Positions 9,639-17,577 of a DNA stretch of 64,000 nucleotides are shown piece by piece. The position numbers were made by a program, and so were the translations under genes. The notes beneath the pieces were generated by a model that did no database searches, was not told the origin of the DNA, and was given only the letters and a program-made list of their open reading frames with translations. The stretch is from a virus (Duplodnaviria > Caudoviricetes), in the IMG/VR virus record IMGVR_UViG_2706795407_000001, positions 26,461-90,460 of that record; one strand, given 5' to 3'. Position 1 is the first letter of the stretch. Each line of letters starts with the position of its first letter.

Positions 9639-9769
9639 TGGTCGCCTTTCATGGAGTCGGCTTCGCTAACGGTCATAGACTTTCCGCATCGGCAGGTCCA
9701 TACGCCCGCTTTCACGTGCCAGAAGTGTTGACCGCAGCGCGTACAGAAGACACTCTGTGTCCAGCTCAT
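9635..9769 (-). CDS. 44-aa Zn-ribbon protein, paralog of 14175..14306
   Basis: Hand translation MSWTQSVFCTRCGQHFWHVKAGVWTCRCGKSMTVSEADSMKGDQ; overlaps both neighbours. Confidence 0.65.
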   Translation of the reverse strand: MSWTQSVFCTRCGQHFWHVKAGVWTCRCGKSMTVSEADSMKGDQ

Positions 9770-10095
9770 CGGTCGCCCCGTTCAGCAGCAGCGAGAATCG
9801 CCTGACGCACATTTGCGTATTCCGTCTCGCCGTACAGCGCATGGTCGGGCGGCTGGCGGTAGATGATGACGCCGAAACCCGCGAGCCACAGTGGACGTAC
9901 CGACCACCCCGTGTAAACCATCGCGGCCATTGATGCTCTGTTCAGGTCGAGATGTGCATTGCGGCGACGGAGCTTGAACATGCCATCCCCGTGCTCAAAG
10001 GTGAAGCGCAACAGCCAAGCCGATGCCGCCAGGACGAGGGATACCGCCAGCCAGATCCCCGCAGCCGCGAGCGCGCCGATCACGTAGTCACTCAT
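9766..10095 (-). CDS. Membrane-anchored hypothetical protein
   Basis: ATG at 10095 (MSDYVIG), N-terminal TM helix. Confidence 0.55.
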   Translation of the reverse strand: MSDYVIGALAAAGIWLAVSLVLAASAWLLRFTFEHGDGMFKLRRRNAHLDLNRASMAAMVYTGWSVRPLWLAGFGVIIYRQPPDHALYGETEYANVRQAILAAAERGDR

Positions 10096-10456
10096 GGCTG
10101 TCGCCCCGTTCAGCGGCAGCGGCAGCAGCCAAGAGTGCAGCGGCGTAAGAGCGTGCATCAGACGGCGAATCACACGGATTGGACACCCCGTTGCCGACGA
10201 TCTTCCCGTCAGAAGGCCGGATGTTGACTTCGCCGTCCCTGTACGGCTCCCCTCTCCACGATTGCGTTACAGGCCATACCGTCATAGACCCGTCCCAATT
10301 CTCTTTAGCTTCCGGCAGCTCGACCAGGGCGATACGGTTGTCCTTGAGCGCGGCGAGGATTGACCGCGCAATCATCGCGGACCCCTCGTCAGAGATGGTT
10401 GGCTTGAAGTACGCATTCAGCGCGTCAATCACAATAGACTCAATACGGTCGCTCAC
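10088..10456 (-). CDS. Hypothetical protein (LVELPE family)
   Basis: 122-aa ORF; resembles neighbour 10453..10800. Confidence 0.65.
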   Translation of the reverse strand: MSDRIESIVIDALNAYFKPTISDEGSAMIARSILAALKDNRIALVELPEAKENWDGSMTVWPVTQSWRGEPYRDGEVNIRPSDGKIVGNGVSNPCDSPSDARSYAAALLAAAAAAERGDSHE

Positions 10457-10800
10457 GATTCGGCCCCGTTCTCAGCGAGATTCGCGGCCTCTAGGAGGTC
10501 AGCGGCATGGATGCGTGCCTCGTGCGGATTGATGCGGTATACATGTTCGCACCGCGCACCGACTTCGACCTCGCGACCATTGACCCTGGTGAACGGGTAG
10601 TGATTCCACTGCGGTTCACTGTTCGGTCCCCAGTACTCGGACGGGCGTTCAGGCAGTTCCACGACCGCGAGTCCGTCCAACGCCAGGAGAACATCGGCTA
10701 GACGCGGTGCGACGGCCGCAGCGCTTCGACTATGAGGCGTGAGGTAAACCTCAAGCAGCGCACTCTCTAGCGCTTCGATGTATCGGGCGCGGATGCTCAT
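10453..10800 (-). CDS. Hypothetical protein (VVELPE family)
   Basis: ATG at 10800 overlapping xis stop. Confidence 0.65.
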   Translation of the reverse strand: MSIRARYIEALESALLEVYLTPHSRSAAAVAPRLADVLLALDGLAVVELPERPSEYWGPNSEPQWNHYPFTRVNGREVEVGARCEHVYRINPHEARIHAADLLEAANLAENGAES

Positions 10801-10994
10801 TCGTTCTCCTCTGCGAACTGGCTCGCCAGCCACGCGTCAACATCGCTACGCCGCGCCATTACCCGCCTGCCGATCCTGGCAAGCCTGAACGGTGCTTCAT
10901 TGACCTGCCGCCAGTAACGGATGGTGGCTAGGGGGATGCCGTGCTCTTCGGCGATTTCATCCAGCGTCATCAACGTCGGTTTAGTAAGTGTCAT
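10797..10994 (-). CDS. xis: Excisionase-like HTH (recombination directionality factor)
   Basis: LMTLDEIAEEHGIPLATIRYWR...RIGRRVM...DVDAWL MerR/AlpA-type HTH, divergent from integrase. Confidence 0.8.
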   Translation of the reverse strand: MTLTKPTLMTLDEIAEEHGIPLATIRYWRQVNEAPFRLARIGRRVMARRSDVDAWLASQFAEENE

Positions 10995-11149
10995 GCAGTG
11001 CTCCTACGTGAAGATGATGAAACCTATCGTAGCACACATGTCCTGAAATATGGATATGTCGCTATGAAGATGGATATCTATCCACTGTTGAGGATCGATC
11101 TTTGCAGGTCAGCGCGCCGCGAAACGGTATCTTTGCGTACGATGACCGT

Positions 11150-12373
11150 ATGCAGAACAGAACACCTGGACGTCACGGTGTAGCGGACATGTGGTATCGG
11201 GACGACGGCACCCCCACCAACCTCGCCACACCGGGATCGTCTAAAGAGCACCCTTCAGGGTCTGGTAGCCGCTGGCGGGCGTGGTACATCGACACCTCGG
11301 GGAAGCAGCGGACGAAGAAGTTCCCGACGAAGCGGATCGCAGAGAAGTGGGCGCAGGACAACGCCACCAAGATAGGCGAGGGAACATGGATAGCTCCCGA
11401 GGCGAGTAAGGAAACGTTCGCCACTGTCGCCGAAGAGTGGTTCGCCACCAAAGCTCACCGGGAAGAGATGACCCGATACGGGTACAGGAACCTCCTGGAC
11501 TCCATTGTCCTACCCAAGTGGGGGGGTGTCTCACTGAAGGCGATTCAGCATGTCGACCTTCAACGGTGGATAAACGACCTGTCCTTGACGGGGGAGTACC
11601 GCACCAAGGGGGAGGGTGGCTTTTCAGCGTCTAGAACTATCCAAGCCTATCAGGTGATGAATGGGGTGTTAAAGTATGCGGTTCGTACTGATCGGTTGGC
11701 GAAGAATCCCGCTGAGGGGATTGTATTACCGACAAAGAAGAAGGCGACACGTCAGAGGTATTTGACTCATGCCCAACTACAGGATTTCGCGGCCGAGATG
11801 GGTAGATTCGAGGGGCTAACCCTTTTGTTGGGGTATTGCGGGTTGCGGGTGAGTGAAGCTTTCGCACTGCGGGGTAGGGATTTGGGCGACCAGGAGGTGT
11901 TGGTGTATGGGGCTGTGACTTCGGTCCCGAAGGTGGGTCGGGTGGAGAAAGGGACGAAGACTCACCGCGCCCGCCATGTTCCTGTGCCTATGGTGGCGTG
12001 GAAGGCCATCAAAATACCGTCTGATTCGCACGCTCTCGTGTTTCCAGGTAGGTCTGGGCACATTACCCACGGGGAGTACCGTTGGGCGTTTGACGGGGCG
12101 CTGAGGGTCATGCAAGAGCGCACGGAGGCGCAACGAGCTTTAGAGATTGAACGAGACGGTAAAGCATCAACCCCCGTGTTCCCATCCATCACCCCGCACG
12201 ACTTGCGTCACACCTGCGCGTCCCTGGCAATCTCGGCCGGGGCGAACGTCAAAGCTGTCCAGAACCTACTGGGGCATGCTACGGCGGTGATGACGCTGGA
12301 CCTGTACGGGCATCTGATGTCCGACGACCTGGAGCGGGTGCGCGATGCGCTAGACGCGGCTGCGGAGCGCTAG
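11150..12373 (+). CDS. int: Tyrosine integrase (start uncertain, 11102-11189)
   Basis: Catalytic motifs GLRVSE, HDLRH, LLGH, LYGH; N-terminal arm-binding region. Confidence 0.95.
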   Translation: MQNRTPGRHGVADMWYRDDGTPTNLATPGSSKEHPSGSGSRWRAWYIDTSGKQRTKKFPTKRIAEKWAQDNATKIGEGTWIAPEASKETFATVAEEWFATKAHREEMTRYGYRNLLDSIVLPKWGGVSLKAIQHVDLQRWINDLSLTGEYRTKGEGGFSASRTIQAYQVMNGVLKYAVRTDRLAKNPAEGIVLPTKKKATRQRYLTHAQLQDFAAEMGRFEGLTLLLGYCGLRVSEAFALRGRDLGDQEVLVYGAVTSVPKVGRVEKGTKTHRARHVPVPMVAWKAIKIPSDSHALVFPGRSGHITHGEYRWAFDGALRVMQERTEAQRALEIERDGKASTPVFPSITPHDLRHTCASLAISAGANVKAVQNLLGHATAVMTLDLYGHLMSDDLERVRDALDAAAER

Positions 12374-12400
12374 CCGCTACGTCACCAAGTGGGTGCCCGA
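12374..12400 (+). repeat. Left copy of perfect 27-bp inverted repeat
   Basis: CCGCTACGTCACCAAGTGGGTGCCCGA is the exact reverse complement of 12796..12822. Confidence 0.95.
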
Positions 12401-12413
12401 CGGGCGGTGATCC

Positions 12414-12648
12414 GTATGCAAACCGTATGCTGCACCCAGCCGCACACCACTTAACAACAGTCAACAATAGTTAACCTGAACAGTGGTTTTTGACGTTCAT
12501 CGAACTATTCCCGCAGGTAGAAAACGCCAGATAAAAAAATTCAAAAGCCATTGGGCGCTTTTTGCTGCGCGAACATAGATGCAGTTCAGAGATTTGTTGA
12601 AGTTAACCACAGGAGGGTTGCAGTCTGGCTGTATGCACATAGTATGCT
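12414..12648. promoter_or_regulatory. Probable attP (arm-type repeats flanking a core-type inverted repeat)
   Basis: GTATGCA-N4-GTATGCT at 12414..12431 and 12631..12648; AAAAGC-CATTGGGC-GCTTTT at 12543..12562; directly downstream of int. Confidence 0.55.
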
Positions 12649-12659
12649 CTCTGAAGCCA

Positions 12660-12742
12660 GCCCGAATGGCGGAACGGAAGACGCGCCGGACTCAAAATCC
12701 GGTGTCCGCAAGGACGTGTGAGTTCGAATCTCACTTCGGGCA
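12660..12742 (+). tRNA. tRNA-Leu(CAA)
   Basis: GCCCGAA/TTCGGGC acceptor, CCGGA-CTCAAAA-TCCGG anticodon arm, long variable arm, GTGAG-TTCGAAT-CTCAC T arm; no encoded CCA. Confidence 0.9.
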
Positions 12743-12788
12743 CTCTGCAGCGGCGTCCGAGCCAACCACCTCGCGCTGGGTTTTATCG

Positions 12789-13202
12789 TTAGGCATCGGG
12801 CACCCACTTGGTGACGTAGCGGGTAACGGCGCGGTGCCCCCTCCCGCTCGTGGGGAGGCCGTTCTGGACGGCGATCTGGGCAACGTCTCTGCTGACTATC
12901 TGCTCCACCGTTTGGACTTGAACATCTATCCGCTCGGGGCGTTCACGCTCGTACTGGACCGCGTATTCGGCTGTGAGGCCGAGGGTTTCGACAATGGTGT
13001 CGGCGGTGCGTCGGTGGGAGCCATCGCACTGTGAGCATTCCCCCGCGTGACCGACGGGCTCGTGGTACTCACATGTCCAGCCCTCGCGTCGGAGCACTTC
13101 GGTGATGCCGTCGTGGATGGTCATGCGCGCTCCCGAAATAGGATGCCCGCGTTCTGCATGGCGGCGATGGCATCGGTGGCCTCCTGGAACCCGAGTCCGC
13201 AA
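12789..13202 (-). CDS. Hypothetical protein (true start probably internal, MTIHDG)
   Basis: ORF ending TRYVTKWVPDA; in leftward operon. Confidence 0.55.
   Translation of the reverse strand: MRTRVPGGHRCHRRHAERGHPISGARMTIHDGITEVLRREGWTCEYHEPVGHAGECSQCDGSHRRTADTIVETLGLTAEYAVQYERERPERIDVQVQTVEQIVSRDVAQIAVQNGLPTSGRGHRAVTRYVTKWVPDA
12796..12822 (-). repeat. Right copy of perfect 27-bp inverted repeat (inside 3' end of gene 12789..13202)
   Basis: TCGGGCACCCACTTGGTGACGTAGCGG. Confidence 0.95.
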
Positions 13203-13648
13203 GAACGCAGCGCGCTACCAACCTTGGTGAGGGTGTTCTCGTTGTAGCGCAAAGACTCACCCTCTTCTGCGAGTGCGGGGAATCGGTTGAGGAGATAGTG
13301 GGCGACATAGAGCGCCCATTGAGTCGAAGGGCAGAGGGGGTCAAAAGTCCCATGCTTCCCGTCGCCCCGATTCCAAAGCTCGCGGCCAATCCACACGGAT
13401 TCGGCGAGTTCGTTGATACGTTTCCCCCGCTTGGCTTTCGCATCCTGTTCCTGCTCGATGCGGTCGGCAAGCATGGAGAGGTCGCGCGGGGTGCGCGACG
13501 CTTCCTGGCTCCAGCCGTTGCTGATGGCGAGGCGACGCAGCACGTCGGCTGCGGTGCGGAGTTCTTCGGGTGTGGGTGTGGTCATGACAGTTCCTCGTCG
13601 GGGTAGATGAGTGGGTAAAGTTCGGCCAAAAAATCGTCTAGAGACCAT
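13121..13648 (-). CDS. Hypothetical protein (probable start MTTPTP)
   Basis: Long ORF in leftward operon. Confidence 0.55.
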   Translation of the reverse strand: MVSRRFFGRTLPTHLPRRGTVMTTPTPEELRTAADVLRRLAISNGWSQEASRTPRDLSMLADRIEQEQDAKAKRGKRINELAESVWIGRELWNRGDGKHGTFDPLCPSTQWALYVAHYLLNRFPALAEEGESLRYNENTLTKVGSALRSCGLGFQEATDAIAAMQNAGILFRERA

Positions 13649-13827
13649 CCGCCGATAGGGTCTAGTTCAAACTTTGAAACCAGATTCCGAATGGGATACA
13701 GCGCTTCACTGGCAGCGGCGACCTCACGAGGGGTGGCGAGAGGCGTGTTCGCTCCTCTGGTAATTGCCACCTCGGGATGAGCCTTCCTCCATGCCCGTTC
13801 TGCCGCCTTAACCGCTGGGTCAGGCAT
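13582..13827 (-). CDS. Hypothetical protein (DPAV...EAL.PIR...LIY family)
   Basis: Paralogous to 13954..14175. Confidence 0.65.
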   Translation of the reverse strand: MPDPAVKAAERAWRKAHPEVAITRGANTPLATPREVAAASEALYPIRNLVSKFELDPIGGWSLDDFLAELYPLIYPDEELS

Positions 13828-13953
13828 CGTGAGTATCCTTCCACGACAGTTCGATGCCAGAATTAGGTCGGTTACAGAACTCGATGAAATCGTCGTGCGC
13901 CCTGCCAGCGTCGACGTAAACGGTGTATTCCTCGTAAGTCTCGACTTCGTCGG

Positions 13954-14175
13954 TCATTTCATCTCCTCGATGGTGTAGATCAACGGGGCGAGATCGTCGA
14001 GAAGTTCGTCGATCCAGGAGCATTCGCCCGAATGCCGTTCTGACCACTCCCGTATCGGCTTCAGCGCCTCGCGGGCAGCGTTTTCGGCATAATGGAACGA
14101 CGAATGCGGCGGCAGTATCAAACCAACTTCTGGCCCAATCGCTCGTCGAACAGCTTCGGTCACGGGATCACTCAT
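13954..14175 (-). CDS. Hypothetical protein (DPV...EALKPIR...LIY family)
   Basis: Paralogous to 13582..13827. Confidence 0.65.
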   Translation of the reverse strand: MSDPVTEAVRRAIGPEVGLILPPHSSFHYAENAAREALKPIREWSERHSGECSWIDELLDDLAPLIYTIEEMK

Positions 14176-14306
14176 CAGGCTCCCTTCGTAGAGTCGGCTT
14201 CGCTAACGGTCATCGGTTTTCCGCAGCGACAGGTCCAGACACCCGCCGCTACATGCCAGAGGCTTGATCCACAGCGCGTGCAGAAGGCTTTCTGCGTCCA
14301 ACTCAT
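14175..14306 (-). CDS. 43-aa Zn-ribbon protein, paralog of 9635..9769
   Basis: MSWTQKAFCTRCGSSLWHVAAGVWTCRCGKPMTVSEADSTKGA. Confidence 0.65.
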   Translation of the reverse strand: MSWTQKAFCTRCGSSLWHVAAGVWTCRCGKPMTVSEADSTKGA

Positions 14307-14551
14307 TATTCTTCTACCAGCTTTCCATTCTTTATCGTCAGTACGGGTTTGTCGAACGCGCCGCCGATCAGCTCCCACGTTTTGCGTAGATCATCAATAT
14401 CTTCCCAAAAGTCAAGATTGGGATTATCGCTGGCGAGTGTGGCCTGTCCGCTCTTCTCTTCATAGTAGACTTCGCGGATTCCGTAGAAGGGGTAGATGTC
14501 GCCGAGAGTGTTTTGTGCGTGTTCTTTCACTACCCGATAATTCCAAGTCAT
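14306..14551 (-). CDS. Hypothetical protein
   Basis: MTWNYRVVK...YGIREVYY; start/stop overlaps. Confidence 0.7.
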   Translation of the reverse strand: MTWNYRVVKEHAQNTLGDIYPFYGIREVYYEEKSGQATLASDNPNLDFWEDIDDLRKTWELIGGAFDKPVLTIKNGKLVEE

Positions 14552-14907
14552 AACCGCACCTGACTGGACGGGTCGTAGCCGATGATGCTGCGGATAGCTT
14601 CACCCAGCGCCCCAACATAGCGCAATGTCACGTCGGTGTATTTTCCGCAGGCGCAGCGGCACCCTGTGGCGTTCAACCCAACCTCGTTTTTGTTGCTGGT
14701 GAACGTCCCGTCGAACATGTCGTACGACACCTCTTCGACCACGACACCCTCGGGAATGACCCAATGGCATTCATCTGCGTGTTCCCATGCGTCGTAGTCC
14801 GTCCAACCGTAGGGGCTCACGCCGCCCCACTCTTCAATGAGGACTTTCTGACCCTTCTCGACTAGGAGTCGGCGGATACCGTCTTTGATTTCCTGCTCAA
14901 CACTCAT
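14548..14907 (-). CDS. Hypothetical protein
   Basis: 119-aa ORF, ATGA overlaps. Confidence 0.7.
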   Translation of the reverse strand: MSVEQEIKDGIRRLLVEKGQKVLIEEWGGVSPYGWTDYDAWEHADECHWVIPEGVVVEEVSYDMFDGTFTSNKNEVGLNATGCRCACGKYTDVTLRYVGALGEAIRSIIGYDPSSQVRL

Positions 14908-15089
14908 GATTTTGCCTCTTCGATAGCTTTTACAACCCTGTCCACATACGCCATAGCCTCACCGTGGGTTTTGAACGAATGCCCTGGGAGACCTTTCCCG
15001 AACCATCCGCCACGGTCCACCGCGTACCACGGCTTGTCCATGCATCCCCCTAAGGGCCATTTGCCGACCCGCCACTTATGGCTGCTCAT
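14904..15089 (-). CDS. Hypothetical protein
   Basis: 61-aa ORF, ATGA overlaps. Confidence 0.6.
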   Translation of the reverse strand: MSSHKWRVGKWPLGGCMDKPWYAVDRGGWFGKGLPGHSFKTHGEAMAYVDRVVKAIEEAKS

Positions 15090-15355
15090 GCTTCTAGGTC
15101 TCCCTCTAGCCAGTCTGGCCTGTAATCTTCGTCCCAGTGAATGACAGATCGGGCGGGAAGCTCCGCGCCATCCCTAAAAATCGACGAGATTCCGCACCCG
15201 TAAAGATCCCCAATGACGACAGCCTCGAATACAAGATTCCCGTCCGGATCGTTGACATAGATCCGTTCGTAACGTTCCGCGTCGTAGATTCTGTAGGCTA
15301 ACTGGACGAGTTTCCATGCTATCCACCGGCGGGGGCCGAGCTTTATTTCGCCCAT
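15086..15355 (-). CDS. Hypothetical protein
   Basis: ATG at 15355 with RBS GAGAGGA. Confidence 0.6.
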   Translation of the reverse strand: MGEIKLGPRRWIAWKLVQLAYRIYDAERYERIYVNDPDGNLVFEAVVIGDLYGCGISSIFRDGAELPARSVIHWDEDYRPDWLEGDLEA

Positions 15356-15415
15356 CGGTCCTCTCCTCGTTCGTACCTCTTGTGGTTGATTTCTCTGCTG
15401 ATTGTAGTACATGTA

Positions 15416-15429
15416 TCCACAAAAGTGAA
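15416..15429. promoter_or_regulatory. Operator family A (variant) overlapping -35 of a leftward promoter
   Basis: TCCACAAAAGTGAA; minus strand reads TTCACT-17 bp-TACAAT. Confidence 0.6.
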
Positions 15430-15636
15430 CACATATCTATGCGGGTGGTTTCGTATCACTGGTTAGGTGGTAGTGCGCGCCGCATCGATACGGCCTCATG
15501 TGCTGAACCTGGGCGGATTTACGAGCCTGGTAGAGGCTGGTGTAGCGCGCTTTGTCGGGGTTGAAGCATGTTGCCGGTTCGATGCTGGATAGTGCTTTCT
15601 TCAGTTTCATTCGGCGCTGGAGTAGTCTGCTCATCC

Positions 15637-16362
15637 TCAGCTCCAAAGCATGGGCATGAGGTCTACGAAATCGTGCCTAGCCTGCTGGATGCGCTCGCGG
15701 TACTCGTCCTCGCGTTGATGAAAAGCCTTATAGATGGCTTCCTGCGCCGAGTTGGCCCTTTTAAGCAGCATCCGCCCGTCAACGTATTCAAAGTCGTCTT
15801 TCGGCGACCATCCTGGAGGTTGAAGTATCGCCATCTCTTCATCGGTGAATGTCGGCGATTCCTCGGATAGGCGTGCGATCACATCCTCGTAGCGTTCACG
15901 ATTGTCCTCGTTGTCGCACACGCTGTAGTCCAGGTGATACCGCAGCGAGGCGATGGCGAGGTCATTGAAGCTGGAATCAAACTCGTCAAGAATCCAGTTC
16001 AGATTGCGCAGATACTCTGGGCCGCCCACGAGGGTGAGATAGTCCTTGCCTGCGGTGGAAAAGGTGACCTGCCACCTTTTGGTCAACGGGACACGAAGCC
16101 AACGCTCTTGACATCTCCCTCGGGAGAATCCCGTGCTGGTGACTTGCCGGAAGTTGTCTACCCCGATGGCGAACCATGGGGTTCGGATTTCCTGTCTGGC
16201 TTTACGGAGGCGGGAGATACCCCAACCTTTCCATGACCAGTTACGGTCCGACTTCATGAATTCGCTCAGGGCTGAGGTGAGAATCGCGCGCCACCTCTCG
16301 TGGAACTGTGGCGGAACCTTCAAGGGCTCATCTTCTGCGATGGTTACTGTCTCATCTTCCAT
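15637..16362 (-). CDS. Hypothetical protein
   Basis: 241-aa ORF, RBS AGGAG. Confidence 0.7.
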   Translation of the reverse strand: MEDETVTIAEDEPLKVPPQFHERWRAILTSALSEFMKSDRNWSWKGWGISRLRKARQEIRTPWFAIGVDNFRQVTSTGFSRGRCQERWLRVPLTKRWQVTFSTAGKDYLTLVGGPEYLRNLNWILDEFDSSFNDLAIASLRYHLDYSVCDNEDNRERYEDVIARLSEESPTFTDEEMAILQPPGWSPKDDFEYVDGRMLLKRANSAQEAIYKAFHQREDEYRERIQQARHDFVDLMPMLWS

Positions 16363-16501
16363 GTTGGACTCCTATAGTGCGTATTGGGGTCTATTTGCGC
16401 CTGTGGCGGGTTTTTATTGTTTGCTGGATAGATTGTACCCGGCATGGGTTTTTAATCGCTCTGTGTTGCGTTTAGGGTGGTTTTATTCATTTTTCTGTTT
16501 A

Positions 16502-16537
16502 GAATCCCGCCCCGCCTTTTTTGACGGGGCGGGATTC
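16502..16537. repeat. Perfect 13-bp hairpin
   Basis: GAATCCCGCCCCG / CGGGGCGGGATTC, 10-nt loop, no adjacent U tail. Confidence 0.8.
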
Positions 16538-16585
16538 CACCTTGCCTTGCCTAACCATGCCGAGCCTGACCAGGCGAGGCCCCGC

Positions 16586-16732
16586 CTAGTCGAACAGCTC
16601 GCCATGGCTGACACTGCGCTTGCCATCGTTCAACCGGATGCGCGGATTGCCGTTACCCGGAGTGCGCCACACCGTGCCGTCGAAACCAACGAACACGACG
16701 TTCGGCTTATTGATGTCGGTCAAGCGGTGCAT
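16586..16732 (-). CDS. Small hypothetical protein
   Basis: ATG at 16732 (MHRLTD), RBS GGAG. Confidence 0.5.
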   Translation of the reverse strand: MHRLTDINKPNVVFVGFDGTVWRTPGNGNPRIRLNDGKRSVSHGELFD

Positions 16733-16825
16733 GTCGTCTCCTTGCGGGTTGATCGGCGGGGCGTTCTGTTTCTGGGTATTCAACGGTTCGCTGGCCCCGC
16801 CGTTGATGCAGACTCTAGCACACGA

Positions 16826-16841
16826 CTCCACAAAAGTGGAT
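16826..16841. promoter_or_regulatory. Operator family A
   Basis: CTCCACAAAAGTGGAT, identical to 18902..18917; upstream of minus-strand -10 TAGAGT. Confidence 0.7.
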
Positions 16842-16929
16842 GCCCATCCTCAAAAAAATATGAAAATCCCAAACCATACAAAAAAGCCCCCTCACCCAAG
16901 ACGGGCAAGGGGGCGGCGAGCCACGGGGG

Positions 16930-17520
16930 TCAGCTCCAGGCGGGCCACTCCCCACTGCCACCCACGAAAGGCACCGCCAAACCCTCCGCTGCTTCCCGCT
17001 CGGCGTCAGCCGAAGCGGACCCACTACCCAGCTCTCCACAACCATCCATGACATACCCTGGCGTAGCTTCTACGCCAGTATCTCTTTGTTCCTTTAGAGA
17101 CGGCTCGAATTTTAGGCCATATGTATGGCTCGAATTTTGAGCCATATGGGTGGCCTCGTGGCGCGCAATCTCGTCCTCCATATGGCTCGATTTTGAGGCC
17201 ATACGATGCGACCGGTGCATCACATACTCGTGCCGGTACACGTGGCCCGTCTCCGACCGGTACTCGACCTGCCGCAGCCATCCCGTCTCGACAAGATTCC
17301 GTATCCCGCTGGCGACTGTGGCGCGCGACATTCCCGTCGCGGTGGCGATGCTGCGCTGATTAACCTCCCAACCATCCGACAACGACAACAGGTATGTTCC
17401 GACGCGGAACCCGTTCGCGGACACGTCGGTGTCACGGATGAACCCGTTCGGTATCCGCGTGTACTTGTCGTGAGGGGATTCCCCCAGGTGTTTGATGGTG
17501 GTGGGCTTTTTGTACGCCAT
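16930..17520 (-). CDS. Winged-helix replication-initiator-like protein
   Basis: KYTRIPNGFIRD...SIATATGMSRATVASGIRNLVETGWL wHTH pattern of phage initiators; internal iteron-like repeats. Confidence 0.6.
   Translation of the reverse strand: MAYKKPTTIKHLGESPHDKYTRIPNGFIRDTDVSANGFRVGTYLLSLSDGWEVNQRSIATATGMSRATVASGIRNLVETGWLRQVEYRSETGHVYRHEYVMHRSHRMASKSSHMEDEIARHEATHMAQNSSHTYGLKFEPSLKEQRDTGVEATPGYVMDGCGELGSGSASADAEREAAEGLAVPFVGGSGEWPAWS
17100..17202. repeat. Three 21-bp iteron-like palindromic repeats
   Basis: ACGGCTCGAATTTTAGGCCAT (17100), ATGGCTCGAATTTTGAGCCAT (17125), ATGGCTCGATTTTGAGGCCAT (17182). Confidence 0.85.
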
Positions 17521-17558
17521 GATGTCCCTACTGGTTGGGGATTACCCGTACCACTATT

Positions 17559-17576
17559 GCAGGTGTTGACACATAT
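17559..17576. promoter_or_regulatory. Operator family B
   Basis: GCAGGTGT-TG-ACACATAT, fits CTAKGTGT-NN-ACACMTAR consensus; upstream of initiator-like gene. Confidence 0.55.
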
Positions 17577-17577
17577 G

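Noticed and set aside
12660-12742. Prophage-host junction (attL/attR)
   Set aside because: Phage-type genes continue on both sides; no host housekeeping genes in the window.
16133-17140. 335-aa plus-strand ORF
   Set aside because: Runs antisense across several better-supported leftward genes and an intergenic tract; no recognisable domain.
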